Of a DNA stretch of 64,000 nucleotides, positions 20,475 to 29,448 are shown one piece after another (position 1 is the first letter of the stretch; each line of letters begins with the position of its first letter). Source of the stretch: an uncultured Ignavibacteria bacterium (lineage in GTDB: Bacteria; Zixibacteria; MSB-5A5; SM1-73); NCBI GenBank assembly GCA_964348415.1, contig CAYGCR010000004.1:21651-85650 (forward strand), in the 5' to 3' direction. Made by a program: the position numbers and the translations under genes. The notes under the pieces are model-generated. The model was not told where the DNA came from and searched no databases. It saw only the letters and a list, made by a program, of their open reading frames with translations.

Positions 20475-21872
20475 ATGATCAAAGCCAGGATACTGGTAGT
20501 GGACGATGAGGAGATCGTACTGAAAAGCTGCCGCAGGATACTGGAGGAAGGCAAGCATGAGGTCTTTGCGGCACTATCCGGTGAGGAAGCTTTTGAGCTT
20601 CTGGCGAAAGAGCCTATCGACATCGTCATCACTGATGTCAAGATGCCGGGAATGGACGGCATGGAGGTTCTGGAAAGAATCAAGAAGGAATACCCGGACA
20701 TCTTGGTGATCATGATCACCGGCTACTCCACGGTCCAATCTGCGGTTCAGGCCATGAAACTGGGAGCTTTTGACTACATTCCCAAGCCTTTCAGCCCGGA
20801 CGAGGTTCTGATCGTGGTCGAGAAGGCTATGGAAAAAAAAAGCCTGATCTGTGAGACCATCTACCTGCGGAAGGAGCTACAAGCCAAGTACGGCTTTGAG
20901 AATATCATCGGCAACAGCCCCAAGATGCAGGAGGTGTATAAGCTGATTCGTAAAGTCGCTCCGACGGAGAGCACCGTTCTGATTCGGGGAGAAAGCGGGA
21001 CGGGCAAAGAACTCATCGCCCGGGCAATCCACTTCAATAGCCCCAGAAAGCAAAAGCCCTTCGTTCCGGTCGACTGCGGGGTTTTTGCCCAGGAACTTTT
21101 GGAATCTGAACTTTTCGGCCATGTAAGAGGATCGTTCACGGGGGCAATAGTGACCAAGCCCGGGCTGTTTGAGATAGCCGATGGAGGATCGATCTTCTTA
21201 GACGAGATCGGGGATACAAATGCCAATTTCCAGTCCAAGCTACTGAGAGTGATTCAGGAAAGAGAGTTTACTCCGGTGGGGGGAGTGAGGCCCAAGAGAG
21301 TGGATCTAAGATTTATCGTGGCCACAAACAAAGACCTGGAGAAGCTAGTGCAGGAGGAAAAATTCCGGGAGGACCTTTTTTACCGATTGAACGTGGTCAG
21401 CATCAGCGTGCCAACCTTGAGAGAAAAGAAAGACGACATTCCCCTTTTGGCTTATCACTTCCTGAGAAAATACGCTGAGGAGATGAAAAAGAACATCAAA
21501 AGCATTTCAGTCGACGCGATGAATATGTTAATTGTCTATAGCTGGCCCGGAAATGTCAGACAACTGGAGAACGTGATTGAACGGGCTGTTGTCATGGCCG
21601 AAGGGAATACCATCACCACCGAACACCTCCCCTTTGTTGTGGGAGCTGAGGCAGCGCATCCCGACACCCCTATTCCCAAGACTTCAGAGGAGTTGAAGGA
21701 CACTAAGAAAAAGCTGAGGGAATTTGCCGTTGAGAGCGTTGAGAAATCGTTCCTTCTCGATGCGTTGACCAGAAACGACTGGAATGTGACCAAATCCGCC
21801 AAGGACGTGGGAATGCAGAGGTCGAATTTCCAGGCTCTTATGCGGAAATACAATATAAAGCTACAGAAGTAA
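20475..21872 (+). CDS. Sigma-54-dependent response regulator (NtrC/AtoC family).
   Basis: It has a receiver domain, an AAA+ sigma-54 interaction domain (GESGTGKE, GAFTGA) and a C-terminal Fis-type HTH. Confidence 0.9.
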   Translation: MIKARILVVDDEEIVLKSCRRILEEGKHEVFAALSGEEAFELLAKEPIDIVITDVKMPGMDGMEVLERIKKEYPDILVIMITGYSTVQSAVQAMKLGAFDYIPKPFSPDEVLIVVEKAMEKKSLICETIYLRKELQAKYGFENIIGNSPKMQEVYKLIRKVAPTESTVLIRGESGTGKELIARAIHFNSPRKQKPFVPVDCGVFAQELLESELFGHVRGSFTGAIVTKPGLFEIADGGSIFLDEIGDTNANFQSKLLRVIQEREFTPVGGVRPKRVDLRFIVATNKDLEKLVQEEKFREDLFYRLNVVSISVPTLREKKDDIPLLAYHFLRKYAEEMKKNIKSISVDAMNMLIVYSWPGNVRQLENVIERAVVMAEGNTITTEHLPFVVGAEAAHPDTPIPKTSEELKDTKKKLREFAVESVEKSFLLDALTRNDWNVTKSAKDVGMQRSNFQALMRKYNIKLQK

Positions 21873-21897
21873 GTGGAGATCGTATATAAAAAAGATT

Positions 21898-21920
21898 CGG
21901 TGTATATTTCGTGTATACAC
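21898..21920. promoter_or_regulatory. Candidate enhancer or UAS: ggtgtatatttc-gtgtatacac with a 10-bp perfect palindrome gtgtatacac.
   Basis: The palindrome lies about 190 bp upstream of the sigma-54 promoter at 22107. Confidence 0.3.
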
Positions 21921-22106
21921 AAACTAAAATTGCTAAGTCCTTATTTATGAATGACTAAGTCTCATCACCCCGCATAATTCTTTCATTCACCAAGTTGCTC
22001 AACTTGCCAAGACCTACCGATTCTGGATTTCCCTGCAGTCGTTAAGCTTTTCTATTTCAATTCCTTAGCTGGCTCGCTGATGAAATTTGTGAAAAAGTTC
22101 ACAATG

Positions 22107-22122
22107 TGGCACGCTTGTTGCA
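22107..22122 (+). promoter_or_regulatory. Sigma-54 (-24/-12) promoter TGGCACG-N4-TTGCA.
   Basis: The sequence is an exact match to the RpoN consensus. It lies about 40 nt upstream of the RBS and ATG at 22163 and immediately downstream of the sigma-54 activator gene. Confidence 0.7.
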
Positions 22123-22162
22123 CTGACGGGCGGTGTTTGGAAAAGAAAGGAAGGTGAGAAAG

Positions 22163-23179
22163 ATGGGGTACAGAGCAAATGTGCTGGTGGTGGACGATGA
22201 GCAGATAGTGTGCGATAGCTGTAGAAAGGCGTTAAGTCAGCACGGGCACAATGTTCAGACTGCTCTAAACGGCAGGGAAGCTCTGAGAAAGGTGGAACAG
22301 GACAAATATGACGTGCTTATTGCCGATTGGAAGATGCCGGAGATCGACGGCATGGAGGTCTTGAGAATCGTAAAGAAGAATCACCCCGACATAGTGGTAA
22401 TAATGATAACGGGGTATCCATCAGTCGAGTCTGCAGTAAAAGCGATGAGATTAGGTGTCTCCAACTATGTTCCAAAACCTCTTGACCCGGATGAGCTAAG
22501 TCGAACCCTGCAAAAGGCCCTGGAGGAAAGGAAAACCGGGGAAAATGACCTGTTCTATTATCAGAAATACATCTGGGCGCGCATGTTGGAGGATGGAACG
22601 GTCGAAGTCGGAGTGAACAACCTGTTTCGCGAATCCGTGGGGGACATAATGTACGTTGACTTGCCTTGTCACGAGACCAGGGCGGAACACGGAAGGCTCT
22701 TTGTCAGGATTTTGGCTGCGGACAAGCAGATGCACAAGCTCTGTGTTCCTATTCGGGGACGAGTGGTGGGGATCAACCACGAGATCAACTTCAATACCGA
22801 TTTGATAAACAAAGATCCATTCGGGAAAGGCTGGATCGTCCGACTGGAACCTTTCAATTTGGAGGGGGACCTGAAGAACTGGTCAGGCAACATCTCGATT
22901 TTCTCCGACGGTAGACAAGCGGAATTGAATTCTCAGAGCAGAGTTATCACCTCGGATTCCACGCCGACCACCGCAACCGGAACTGAAAGAGAGGAAAAAA
23001 TCAAAGAGCACTTAACCCAAAAGCCGGGAAGAAGACTGTCTGGCTTTAGGTTTCCCCTTGGGAAGTTCTTCCTATCTGCGCTTGAATCTCGGCTTTTCTT
23101 CTTGGCTTTGTTGCCCATATGCTTGGGCGCGATATCCAGAGCAGTACTTTGCCAGGTTAGCCCCCAGGGGGCTGACTGA
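22163..23179 (+). CDS. Response-regulator receiver domain fused to a GcvH-like (lipoyl-carrier fold) domain with a C-terminal hydrophobic tail.
   Basis: The receiver has the phospho-accepting Asp region (DWKMPEIDG). The downstream region aligns with glycine-cleavage H protein (..DGTVEVGV..GDIMYVDLP..LAADKQM..PIRGRVVGIN..DPFGKGWIVRLEP), and the Lys is at the lipoyl position. A strong RBS precedes the start. Confidence 0.65.
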   Translation: MGYRANVLVVDDEQIVCDSCRKALSQHGHNVQTALNGREALRKVEQDKYDVLIADWKMPEIDGMEVLRIVKKNHPDIVVIMITGYPSVESAVKAMRLGVSNYVPKPLDPDELSRTLQKALEERKTGENDLFYYQKYIWARMLEDGTVEVGVNNLFRESVGDIMYVDLPCHETRAEHGRLFVRILAADKQMHKLCVPIRGRVVGINHEINFNTDLINKDPFGKGWIVRLEPFNLEGDLKNWSGNISIFSDGRQAELNSQSRVITSDSTPTTATGTEREEKIKEHLTQKPGRRLSGFRFPLGKFFLSALESRLFFLALLPICLGAISRAVLCQVSPQGAD

Positions 23180-23184
23180 AAGGG

Positions 23185-23853
23185 GTGATTGACATGAAAC
23201 GCCGAGCCAATGTGCTGGTGGTGGACGACGAGAAGACCGTATGCAACAGTTGCAGAAAGATTCTGACCCGGGAGGGATACAATGTGGATGTGGCCCTATC
23301 GGGAGAGGAGGCGCTAAACAAGGTCAGAGGTAACGGGTTCGACGTGGTGATCACCGACTGGAGAATGCCCGAGATCGATGGCTTTGAAGTAACCCGAAGG
23401 ATAAAGAAAGAGAAGCCCCAGGTTGTGGTAGTACTGATCACTGGCTATCCTTCAGTTGAAAACTCGGTCAAGGCCATAAGATCGGGGGTGTCCGACTACC
23501 TGACCAAGCCCTTCACGCCGGAGGAACTTTCTGACGCCGTGCTGAGAGCCCTGGCGAAGGGTCAAGCTGTCCCGGCAGATTTAGCCCTGGATCGATTGGT
23601 TGAGGAAGGGATCGTGGCCCCGAGGCCGAAACCCAAGGAGGCGGAAGCCGTCGTGGACAAAGCCGCCATTGCTCCGGCAGCGACTCCGGTCCCTGCCGAA
23701 GAGGAAAAGGCTGGCCCGGCAAGATTCGTGTTGAAGTCTGTGTTGGCGCCCGTTTTTGGCAGGTTGTTCTTCATCGCCCTGGGTCCCATAGTCATTTTTT
23801 CCATCGTCAGCGGCGTTTTCAAAGCAGTTCTTGGAAAGAAGCCTGTGAGTTAG
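23185..23853 (+). CDS. Single-domain response-regulator receiver protein with a C-terminal transmembrane segment. It is a paralogue of 22163 and 23981.
   Basis: The receiver consensus has a VCNSCRK motif. An Ala/Pro-rich linker follows, then a hydrophobic tail LFFIALGPIVIFSIVSGVF. Confidence 0.7.
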   Translation: MIDMKRRANVLVVDDEKTVCNSCRKILTREGYNVDVALSGEEALNKVRGNGFDVVITDWRMPEIDGFEVTRRIKKEKPQVVVVLITGYPSVENSVKAIRSGVSDYLTKPFTPEELSDAVLRALAKGQAVPADLALDRLVEEGIVAPRPKPKEAEAVVDKAAIAPAATPVPAEEEKAGPARFVLKSVLAPVFGRLFFIALGPIVIFSIVSGVFKAVLGKKPVS

Positions 23854-23980
23854 CAGCCCCCTTGCGATTTTCGGAACGGGTTTAGGTAGAGATCTTTGTA
23901 ATGGAGATGAAGCTAAAGCAGGTTGAACAGAAGACAGCAGCCATGAAAAGAACGACAACAGATAACGAAAGGAGTAACAA

Positions 23981-24511
23981 ATGGTAGCTTTGTTGGTGGT
24001 ATTGACCTTCATAGTGGCGCTGGCAATTGACGCTCTGGTCAGACGAGGCAGAAAGGTGGAACACACGGCAGAATTCTCGGCAGTTACAAGACCAGCTGTT
24101 GCAACGGCTGCCGCTAAACCCGTACCCAACGTCTTGGTGGTGGACGACGAGAACACCGTATGTAACAGCTGCAAGAAGATACTGACCCAGGGAGGTTACA
24201 ACGTGGATGTGGCCTTGTCGGGACAGGAAGCATTGAACAAAATGAAGGGAAGAGGATTTGACGTGCTGATAACCGACTGGAAGATGCCGGAGATCGATGG
24301 GCTGGAGGTAACCAAAAGGATAAAGAAGGAAAATCCCAATGTAGCGGTGATAATGATAACTGGTTATCCTTCAGTCGAGTCCTCCGTCAATGCCATAAGG
24401 TCCGGGGTATCCGACTATGTGCCGAAGCCCTTTACCCCGGACGAGCTCAATGACGCTGTGATCAGGGTGTTAGAGAAGGCTGGTCGCATTCCTGCGGCCG
24501 CGCGAGCCTAA
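23981..24511 (+). CDS. Receiver-domain protein with an N-terminal transmembrane anchor (third tandem paralogue).
   Basis: The N-terminus is MVALLVVLTFIVALAI. The receiver is highly similar to the two upstream paralogues (VCNSCKK..DWKMPEIDG..ITGYPSVESSV). Confidence 0.7.
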   Translation: MVALLVVLTFIVALAIDALVRRGRKVEHTAEFSAVTRPAVATAAAKPVPNVLVVDDENTVCNSCKKILTQGGYNVDVALSGQEALNKMKGRGFDVLITDWKMPEIDGLEVTKRIKKENPNVAVIMITGYPSVESSVNAIRSGVSDYVPKPFTPDELNDAVIRVLEKAGRIPAAARA

Positions 24512-24654
24512 CCTTGGTCGGGAACCTGCCGGAAACCGTCTGTGAGCGGAACCTCTCACTGTTTCGGGCCGGCGGCCAGGGAGAGGCTCGGACCTAAATC
24601 CCTGATGGAATCGATTGCAATAAGAGAGCAAGAACAGAATCAAGGAGCAATTCA

Positions 24655-25419
24655 ATGACAAAACCAAAAGCGCTCTTAATTGATATCACCAAATGCATCG
24701 GCTGTCAGGCCTGCGCATTGGCCTGTAAGGAAGCCAACGGTCTTCCCGGGGAGGAGGAAGAAGAGCTCTCCGCCACAGCCTATACCGTGGTGAAGGAGAA
24801 AGACGACGTGTATTATCGTCGCCTGTGCATGCACTGCAATGACCCCACCTGCGCCTCGGTTTGTCCGGTGGGAGCGTTCGAGAAGACTCCGGAAGGCGCC
24901 GTTATCTATCAGGCATACAAGTGCATAGGGTGCCGTTACTGCATGCAGGCCTGTCCCTTCGGCGTGCCCACCTATGAATGGAAAAAGCTTGCGCCCAAGG
25001 TGAGGAAGTGCATTATGTGTTACCACAGACTGAAGGAAGGCAAGATAACCGCTTGCGCCGAGGCGTGTCCTACCGAAGCCACCATTTTCGGAAAGCGGGA
25101 CGAGCTTATCCAGGTGGCGAGAGGACGCATAAAAGAAAATCCTGATCTGTACGTGGATCACATATACGGCGAGAAGGAAGCTGGAGGGACCTCGGTTCTG
25201 ATTTTATCAAGCCTGCCATTTGAGGCGCTTGGATTCCCCACCAACCTTGGTGAACGCCCTCTGCCCGAACTGACCTGGGCGGCCCTGAAGAAAGTTCCCA
25301 GCATCATCGTTTTTGGCGGCGCAGTCCTTTACGGGATATGGTGGATTATCGACCGTAGAATGGAGTTGGCCGAATACAGAAGAAAAGAGGCGGACTCTGA
25401 GTTAAAAGACAAGATATAA
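24655..25419 (+). CDS. 4Fe-4S ferredoxin-type subunit (HybA/NrfC/PsrB-like) with a C-terminal transmembrane anchor.
   Basis: It has four Cys clusters (CIGCQAC..C, CMHCNDPTCASVCP, CIGCRYCMQACP, C..C). The C-terminus has the hydrophobic helix VPSIIVFGGAVLYGIWWII. Confidence 0.7.
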   Translation: MTKPKALLIDITKCIGCQACALACKEANGLPGEEEEELSATAYTVVKEKDDVYYRRLCMHCNDPTCASVCPVGAFEKTPEGAVIYQAYKCIGCRYCMQACPFGVPTYEWKKLAPKVRKCIMCYHRLKEGKITACAEACPTEATIFGKRDELIQVARGRIKENPDLYVDHIYGEKEAGGTSVLILSSLPFEALGFPTNLGERPLPELTWAALKKVPSIIVFGGAVLYGIWWIIDRRMELAEYRRKEADSELKDKI

Positions 25420-25469
25420 AAATGCAGTCACACGCCGACTACGAGGTTGATGACTGAAGGGAGATTACG

Positions 25470-26657
25470 ATGAGTATCAAACTACCGTTCAAGGTGACTT
25501 TCTGGAAAGTGGTTTTGCTGTTGATTTGGCTGGCTGGCCTGGTGGCGACAATCGTGCGCTTTGGTGGCGGATTAGGAGCCGCAACCAATCTGAGCGACAA
25601 GTTTCCATGGGGGCTGTGGATTGGTTTCGACGTCATATCCGGAGTGGGACTATCTGCTGGCGCATTCACCATAGCCGCGGCAGTCTACGTGTTTCACGTA
25701 AAGCGCTTCTATCCCATCCTGAAGCCCACTATCCTAACTGCCTTCTTAGGCTATCTTCTGGTCATCGTGGGGCTTTTGTTTGACGTGGGACGTCCGGACA
25801 AAATCTACAATCCACTTTTCATGGGCAACTTCCACTCGGCGCTATTTGAAGTAGCCATGTGCGTCATTTTTTACACCACGGTTTTGTTTTTCGAATTCAG
25901 CCCCAATCTTTTCGAGCGTTTAGGCTTGAGGGGACCCAAAAGATGGATAAGCAGAGTGACCATCCCCTTGGTGATACTGGGGGTCATCCTTTCCACCATG
26001 CACCAATCCTCTTTGGGCTCGCTGTTTTTGATCGTCCCCGCCAAGCTGTACGTCTTCTGGTATTCAGCCTCCCTGCCGCTTTTGTTTTACGTCTCTGCTA
26101 TTGCCGTGGGATGCGCTATGGTGATCTTCGAATCCCACCTGAGCTTCAGGGCTTTTGGTCACCGTCTGAAAGAGGACGTGCTGGCGGACATAGGAAGAAT
26201 TCTTCTGGTCGTTCTGGTGATCTATCTGCTGATGAAAGCTTATGATTTTTACATGCGGGGAGTGTGGTCGGAATTCTTCCTGCCTCGCATGGAGACCTGG
26301 CTTTTCTGGCTGGAAATCCTGTCCGGGATGGTCGCTCCCATCGTTTTGCTCTCTATACGAAAGATAAGGCTCTCCACCGGGGGATTGTACTATGCCGCGG
26401 TATGCACCATCGTGGGGTTCCTGCTAAACCGATTAAATGTTTCCACCACCGGTTTCGTGGCTTCGTCCGGCGTGAACTACTTCCCGTCCTGGATGGAAAT
26501 CGCCATTACGCTGGCTTTGGTATCCACCGGCTTTTTTATCTTTGCCATGGCGGTTCGTTATTTGCCTATCTTTGAGCATCCGGAAGCGGGTGCGGAGCCA
26601 GAAGCAGTTGGAGTCCGCGAGCGGGTCTTTGATGTTGCAGCATTGCGTAAATCGTGA
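25470..26657 (+). CDS. NrfD/PsrC/HybB-like polytopic membrane subunit (quinone-interacting).
   Basis: It has about 8-10 transmembrane helices and is adjacent to the FeS subunit, as in NrfCD/HybAB modules. Confidence 0.65.
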   Translation: MSIKLPFKVTFWKVVLLLIWLAGLVATIVRFGGGLGAATNLSDKFPWGLWIGFDVISGVGLSAGAFTIAAAVYVFHVKRFYPILKPTILTAFLGYLLVIVGLLFDVGRPDKIYNPLFMGNFHSALFEVAMCVIFYTTVLFFEFSPNLFERLGLRGPKRWISRVTIPLVILGVILSTMHQSSLGSLFLIVPAKLYVFWYSASLPLLFYVSAIAVGCAMVIFESHLSFRAFGHRLKEDVLADIGRILLVVLVIYLLMKAYDFYMRGVWSEFFLPRMETWLFWLEILSGMVAPIVLLSIRKIRLSTGGLYYAAVCTIVGFLLNRLNVSTTGFVASSGVNYFPSWMEIAITLALVSTGFFIFAMAVRYLPIFEHPEAGAEPEAVGVRERVFDVAALRKS

Positions 26658-26795
26658 GTTAATGGAATGGTGGATGCGATAAGAAAAGATTAGCCCCCAA
26701 CGAAAGGGGAAGGGTTCAGGTTCCCTTCTTAAGTATTACCCTTCCCCTTCCCCCCTTTATCGACTGCAAAATAGTCTAGCGGCTGACAAATAGAA

Positions 26796-26830
26796 GCGGC
26801 AGGAACGCGGGGCTCCTGACCTACTTGTCT
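26796..26830. repeat. REP-like element of family 2 (..GGGGCTCCTGACCTACTTG..).
   Basis: The motif recurs at 27718-27752, 28838-28900, 28950-28985, 33100-33130 and 34978-35035. Hairpins of the type GTCAGGAGC/GCTCCTGAC and GTCAGGTGC/GCACCTGAC are present. Confidence 0.5.
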
Positions 26831-27007
26831 GGGCCAGACCTGCCAAAGCCTTCAAGACTCCTGTAAGTTCCTAAGTTGGTATACCATGCAAATGATTCTC
26901 TGCCCACCATCTTATCTGAAACGAAAACGGCGAACCAGTACCACCTGGAGACCGTATAGACTTAAGGTAAAGGGTACAACATAAAAGATCAGGAAAGGAG
27001 CCATAGA

Positions 27008-27676
27008 ATGAAAATTGGAAGCTTCTCTGAACAAGACGTGCTGAAGTTGGCTAAGAAGGCATACACTGAAGGAGACGCAGGATTTGAAATCAAACCGAAC
27101 AAATGTGCCCTCTTAGTTATTGACATGCAAGATGAGTTCGTCAAACCTCATTGGTCTCCTGGTTGGGTGCCGGAAGCGACAAAGCGAGTTCCCCGAATTA
27201 AGACGCTAATTGAACACTGCAGGAGTAAGAATATCCCGGTAATCTACACAGTCTACTCAAACACACATAATTACCTGGACCGTCCGAAAACCCTAAAATT
27301 CATGCCACTGCTATATTCTGAACTGGATATTGATTTCTCGATATTCTTTGTAAACGGGCAAGTTTGGCACGAACTTGCTCCTCGGGAGGATGAGATAGTA
27401 ATCAAGAAGTCGTCTTACGGAGCATTTTATGACACACCTTTGGAGACAATTCTAAAGAATAGGGAAAAAGACACGGTGATAATATGTGGAACGATTACCA
27501 ACTGTTGCTGCGGCACAACAGCACGACAGGCATATGAAAGGAGCTTCAAAGTAATCTTCGGAAGCGATGTAACGGCGCCTGATGATCCGGAAACGCAGGA
27601 ACCGGAATTGAAAGTCTTAAGGAAAGGTTTTGCCAGGGTCCTGACGGCAGAAGAAATAATCAAGGCGCTAAGTTGA
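27008..27676 (+). CDS. Isochorismatase-family cysteine hydrolase (copy 1).
   Basis: The motifs LLVIDMQDEF and ICGTITNCCCGTTAR (catalytic Cys region) are present. A near-identical paralogue lies at 31792..32460. Confidence 0.8.
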   Translation: MKIGSFSEQDVLKLAKKAYTEGDAGFEIKPNKCALLVIDMQDEFVKPHWSPGWVPEATKRVPRIKTLIEHCRSKNIPVIYTVYSNTHNYLDRPKTLKFMPLLYSELDIDFSIFFVNGQVWHELAPREDEIVIKKSSYGAFYDTPLETILKNREKDTVIICGTITNCCCGTTARQAYERSFKVIFGSDVTAPDDPETQEPELKVLRKGFARVLTAEEIIKALS

Positions 27677-27685
27677 ATTTTCTTA

Positions 27686-27958
27686 TTGTTCTGTCGGGAG
27701 CTGCTTCTGACAGAAAGATGTCAGGAGCACGGGGCTCCTGACCTACTAGCTTTAATGGAAATCGTCTTGCCGTATGTATGTAAAGGCTATGTAAGTAAAA
27801 CAATGAGATTTGTTGAAGATTGGTTAAGAGAGAATTGGTGGGAAATCAAGAGGATATTTCTTGACACGATTATTCCCGAATATAATGGTCGGTTTTACGA
27901 GAAAATGGGGACAAAAAGATTGGTGAAGGTAAACGCATATTTCAAGATTTGCAACTAA
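27686..27958 (+). CDS. Hypothetical small protein. It is doubtful, because the start lies inside a REP element.
   Basis: Only an ORF is seen. It may start later, at MRFVEDW. Confidence 0.2.
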   Translation: MFCRELLLTERCQEHGAPDLLALMEIVLPYVCKGYVSKTMRFVEDWLRENWWEIKRIFLDTIIPEYNGRFYEKMGTKRLVKVNAYFKICN

Positions 27959-28012
27959 AAGTAGTCAGACTTCAGTTTTGAGGGGATTAGCCTCGGAAAG
28001 GAGGCACCAGAC

Positions 28013-28828
28013 ATGCGTTACGGAAGTCAAAGCATGATCGATCAACTCAAGGTAGTCTTGGTCCGTCGTCCGGACGCTTCATTTGCGCCGGCGCAGCCAA
28101 ACCTATCGATTGCACAGCGGGAACACGATAAGTTTGTCGGTTTGCTCAGAGATGCAGGCGTGAAGGTCCTTTATCATGAAGAGGTTCTGGTTAATTGTTC
28201 AGCTGCTATCTTTGTGCGTGACCCTGCCATGATAATCTCTGATGGCGCGATTATCTTTCAAATGGCAAAAGAACACCGGCGCGGTGAAGAAGATGGAATC
28301 CGCAGATGTCTGGAAAAGCTGGATATTCCAATTCTCCATCAGTTTTCTGGGGACGTATTTATTGATGGCGGGGATTTGGTCTGGATTGATAAACATAATT
28401 TAGCGGTCGGGCAAGGTCCACGTACTGGAAAGGCGGGACTTTATCTGTTAGAAGAAGTTCTGTCTCGCCACGGAATTCGTGTGCTCCCGGTTCCCTTTAC
28501 GAACGCGCTACACCTAGGGTCGGTTTTTTGTATTGTCCATCAGAACATTGCGGTTGTCATGCCACAATATCTTCCCAAGTCGTTCTCCATATTTCTTGAA
28601 GAACGAGGATTTCATCTCATTACTCTGCCGCAGGAGGAGGATGATTCGCTTGGAATCAGCATATTGACATTATCGCCGGGCAAGTGTATTATGCTAGAAG
28701 GTAATCCTATCACGATGCAACGACTGAAATCGGCTGGTTGCGAAGTTATGACTTATCAAGGAGATGAAATATCTCTTAAAGGAGGAGGAGGGGCACTTTG
28801 CTTGACGCAGCCTCTCCTGCGTGAGTAA
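28013..28828 (+). CDS. Amidinotransferase-superfamily enzyme (dimethylarginine dimethylaminohydrolase or arginine-deiminase-like).
   Basis: The C-terminal motif GGGGALCLTQPL (a Cys nucleophile following Gly residues) is typical of DDAH/ADI-like enzymes. Confidence 0.65.
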   Translation: MRYGSQSMIDQLKVVLVRRPDASFAPAQPNLSIAQREHDKFVGLLRDAGVKVLYHEEVLVNCSAAIFVRDPAMIISDGAIIFQMAKEHRRGEEDGIRRCLEKLDIPILHQFSGDVFIDGGDLVWIDKHNLAVGQGPRTGKAGLYLLEEVLSRHGIRVLPVPFTNALHLGSVFCIVHQNIAVVMPQYLPKSFSIFLEERGFHLITLPQEEDDSLGISILTLSPGKCIMLEGNPITMQRLKSAGCEVMTYQGDEISLKGGGGALCLTQPLLRE

Positions 28829-28837
28829 GTTCGTGGG

Positions 28838-28990
28838 TCAGGTGCCCTGAGCACCTGACAAATGAAGGTCTCAGAGCACGATTCTCCTGACCTACTGCTA
28901 AGTTGAATTTTCTTATTGTTCTGTCGGCAGCTACTCCTGACAGAAAGACATGAGGAGCTCGGGGCTCCTGGCCTACTGGCTGGTGCGGGT
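28838..28990. repeat. Cluster of REP family-2 hairpins plus a remnant of the isochorismatase 3' end (gctaagttgaattttcttattgttctgtcgg).
   Basis: A 30-nt string identical to 27657-27690 recurs at 28893-28922. Confidence 0.5.
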
Positions 28991-29448
28991 GGTCAGGGCC
29001 AAGGGGGGACGCCGCGAGTCCGACTACGTGACGCTGTTTGACAAGCATCGGCGCCTGCGATGAGCCATATTGAAACTGGCAGAAGAGATACCATAGGAAG
29101 AGGACTCTTTGGGTTTTTCCACAGCAGAGCTGTAGAGCACCCCGGGATCAATATAAACAATGTTAAACGCAAGACATAAGGACAGAATGCCATGAAAGAT
29201 GTTTTGAATAATCAAACACAAGTCGGTCGTGTGGCCAAATAACTATTGCCGACAATCAAGAATCACTCTGTTGTGAGAAGATATGTCATTCCTCTCGTTT
29301 TGGTCTCTTTTGTATTGATGTTAGATCTTATCATTATTCGTTCAGGGTCGGCAGGAGGGGATGGTCTTTCCCCATCAAAAACAACGAGGCAACTGGCGAA
29401 TTCATTGTTTTCGCTTCAAATCGAGATGGCAACCTGGAAATCTATAGG

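Noticed and set aside
24470-25161. Minus-strand ORFs overlapping the HybA-like FeS gene.
   Set aside because: The + strand CDS has four canonical Cys clusters. The antisense ORFs are artefacts.
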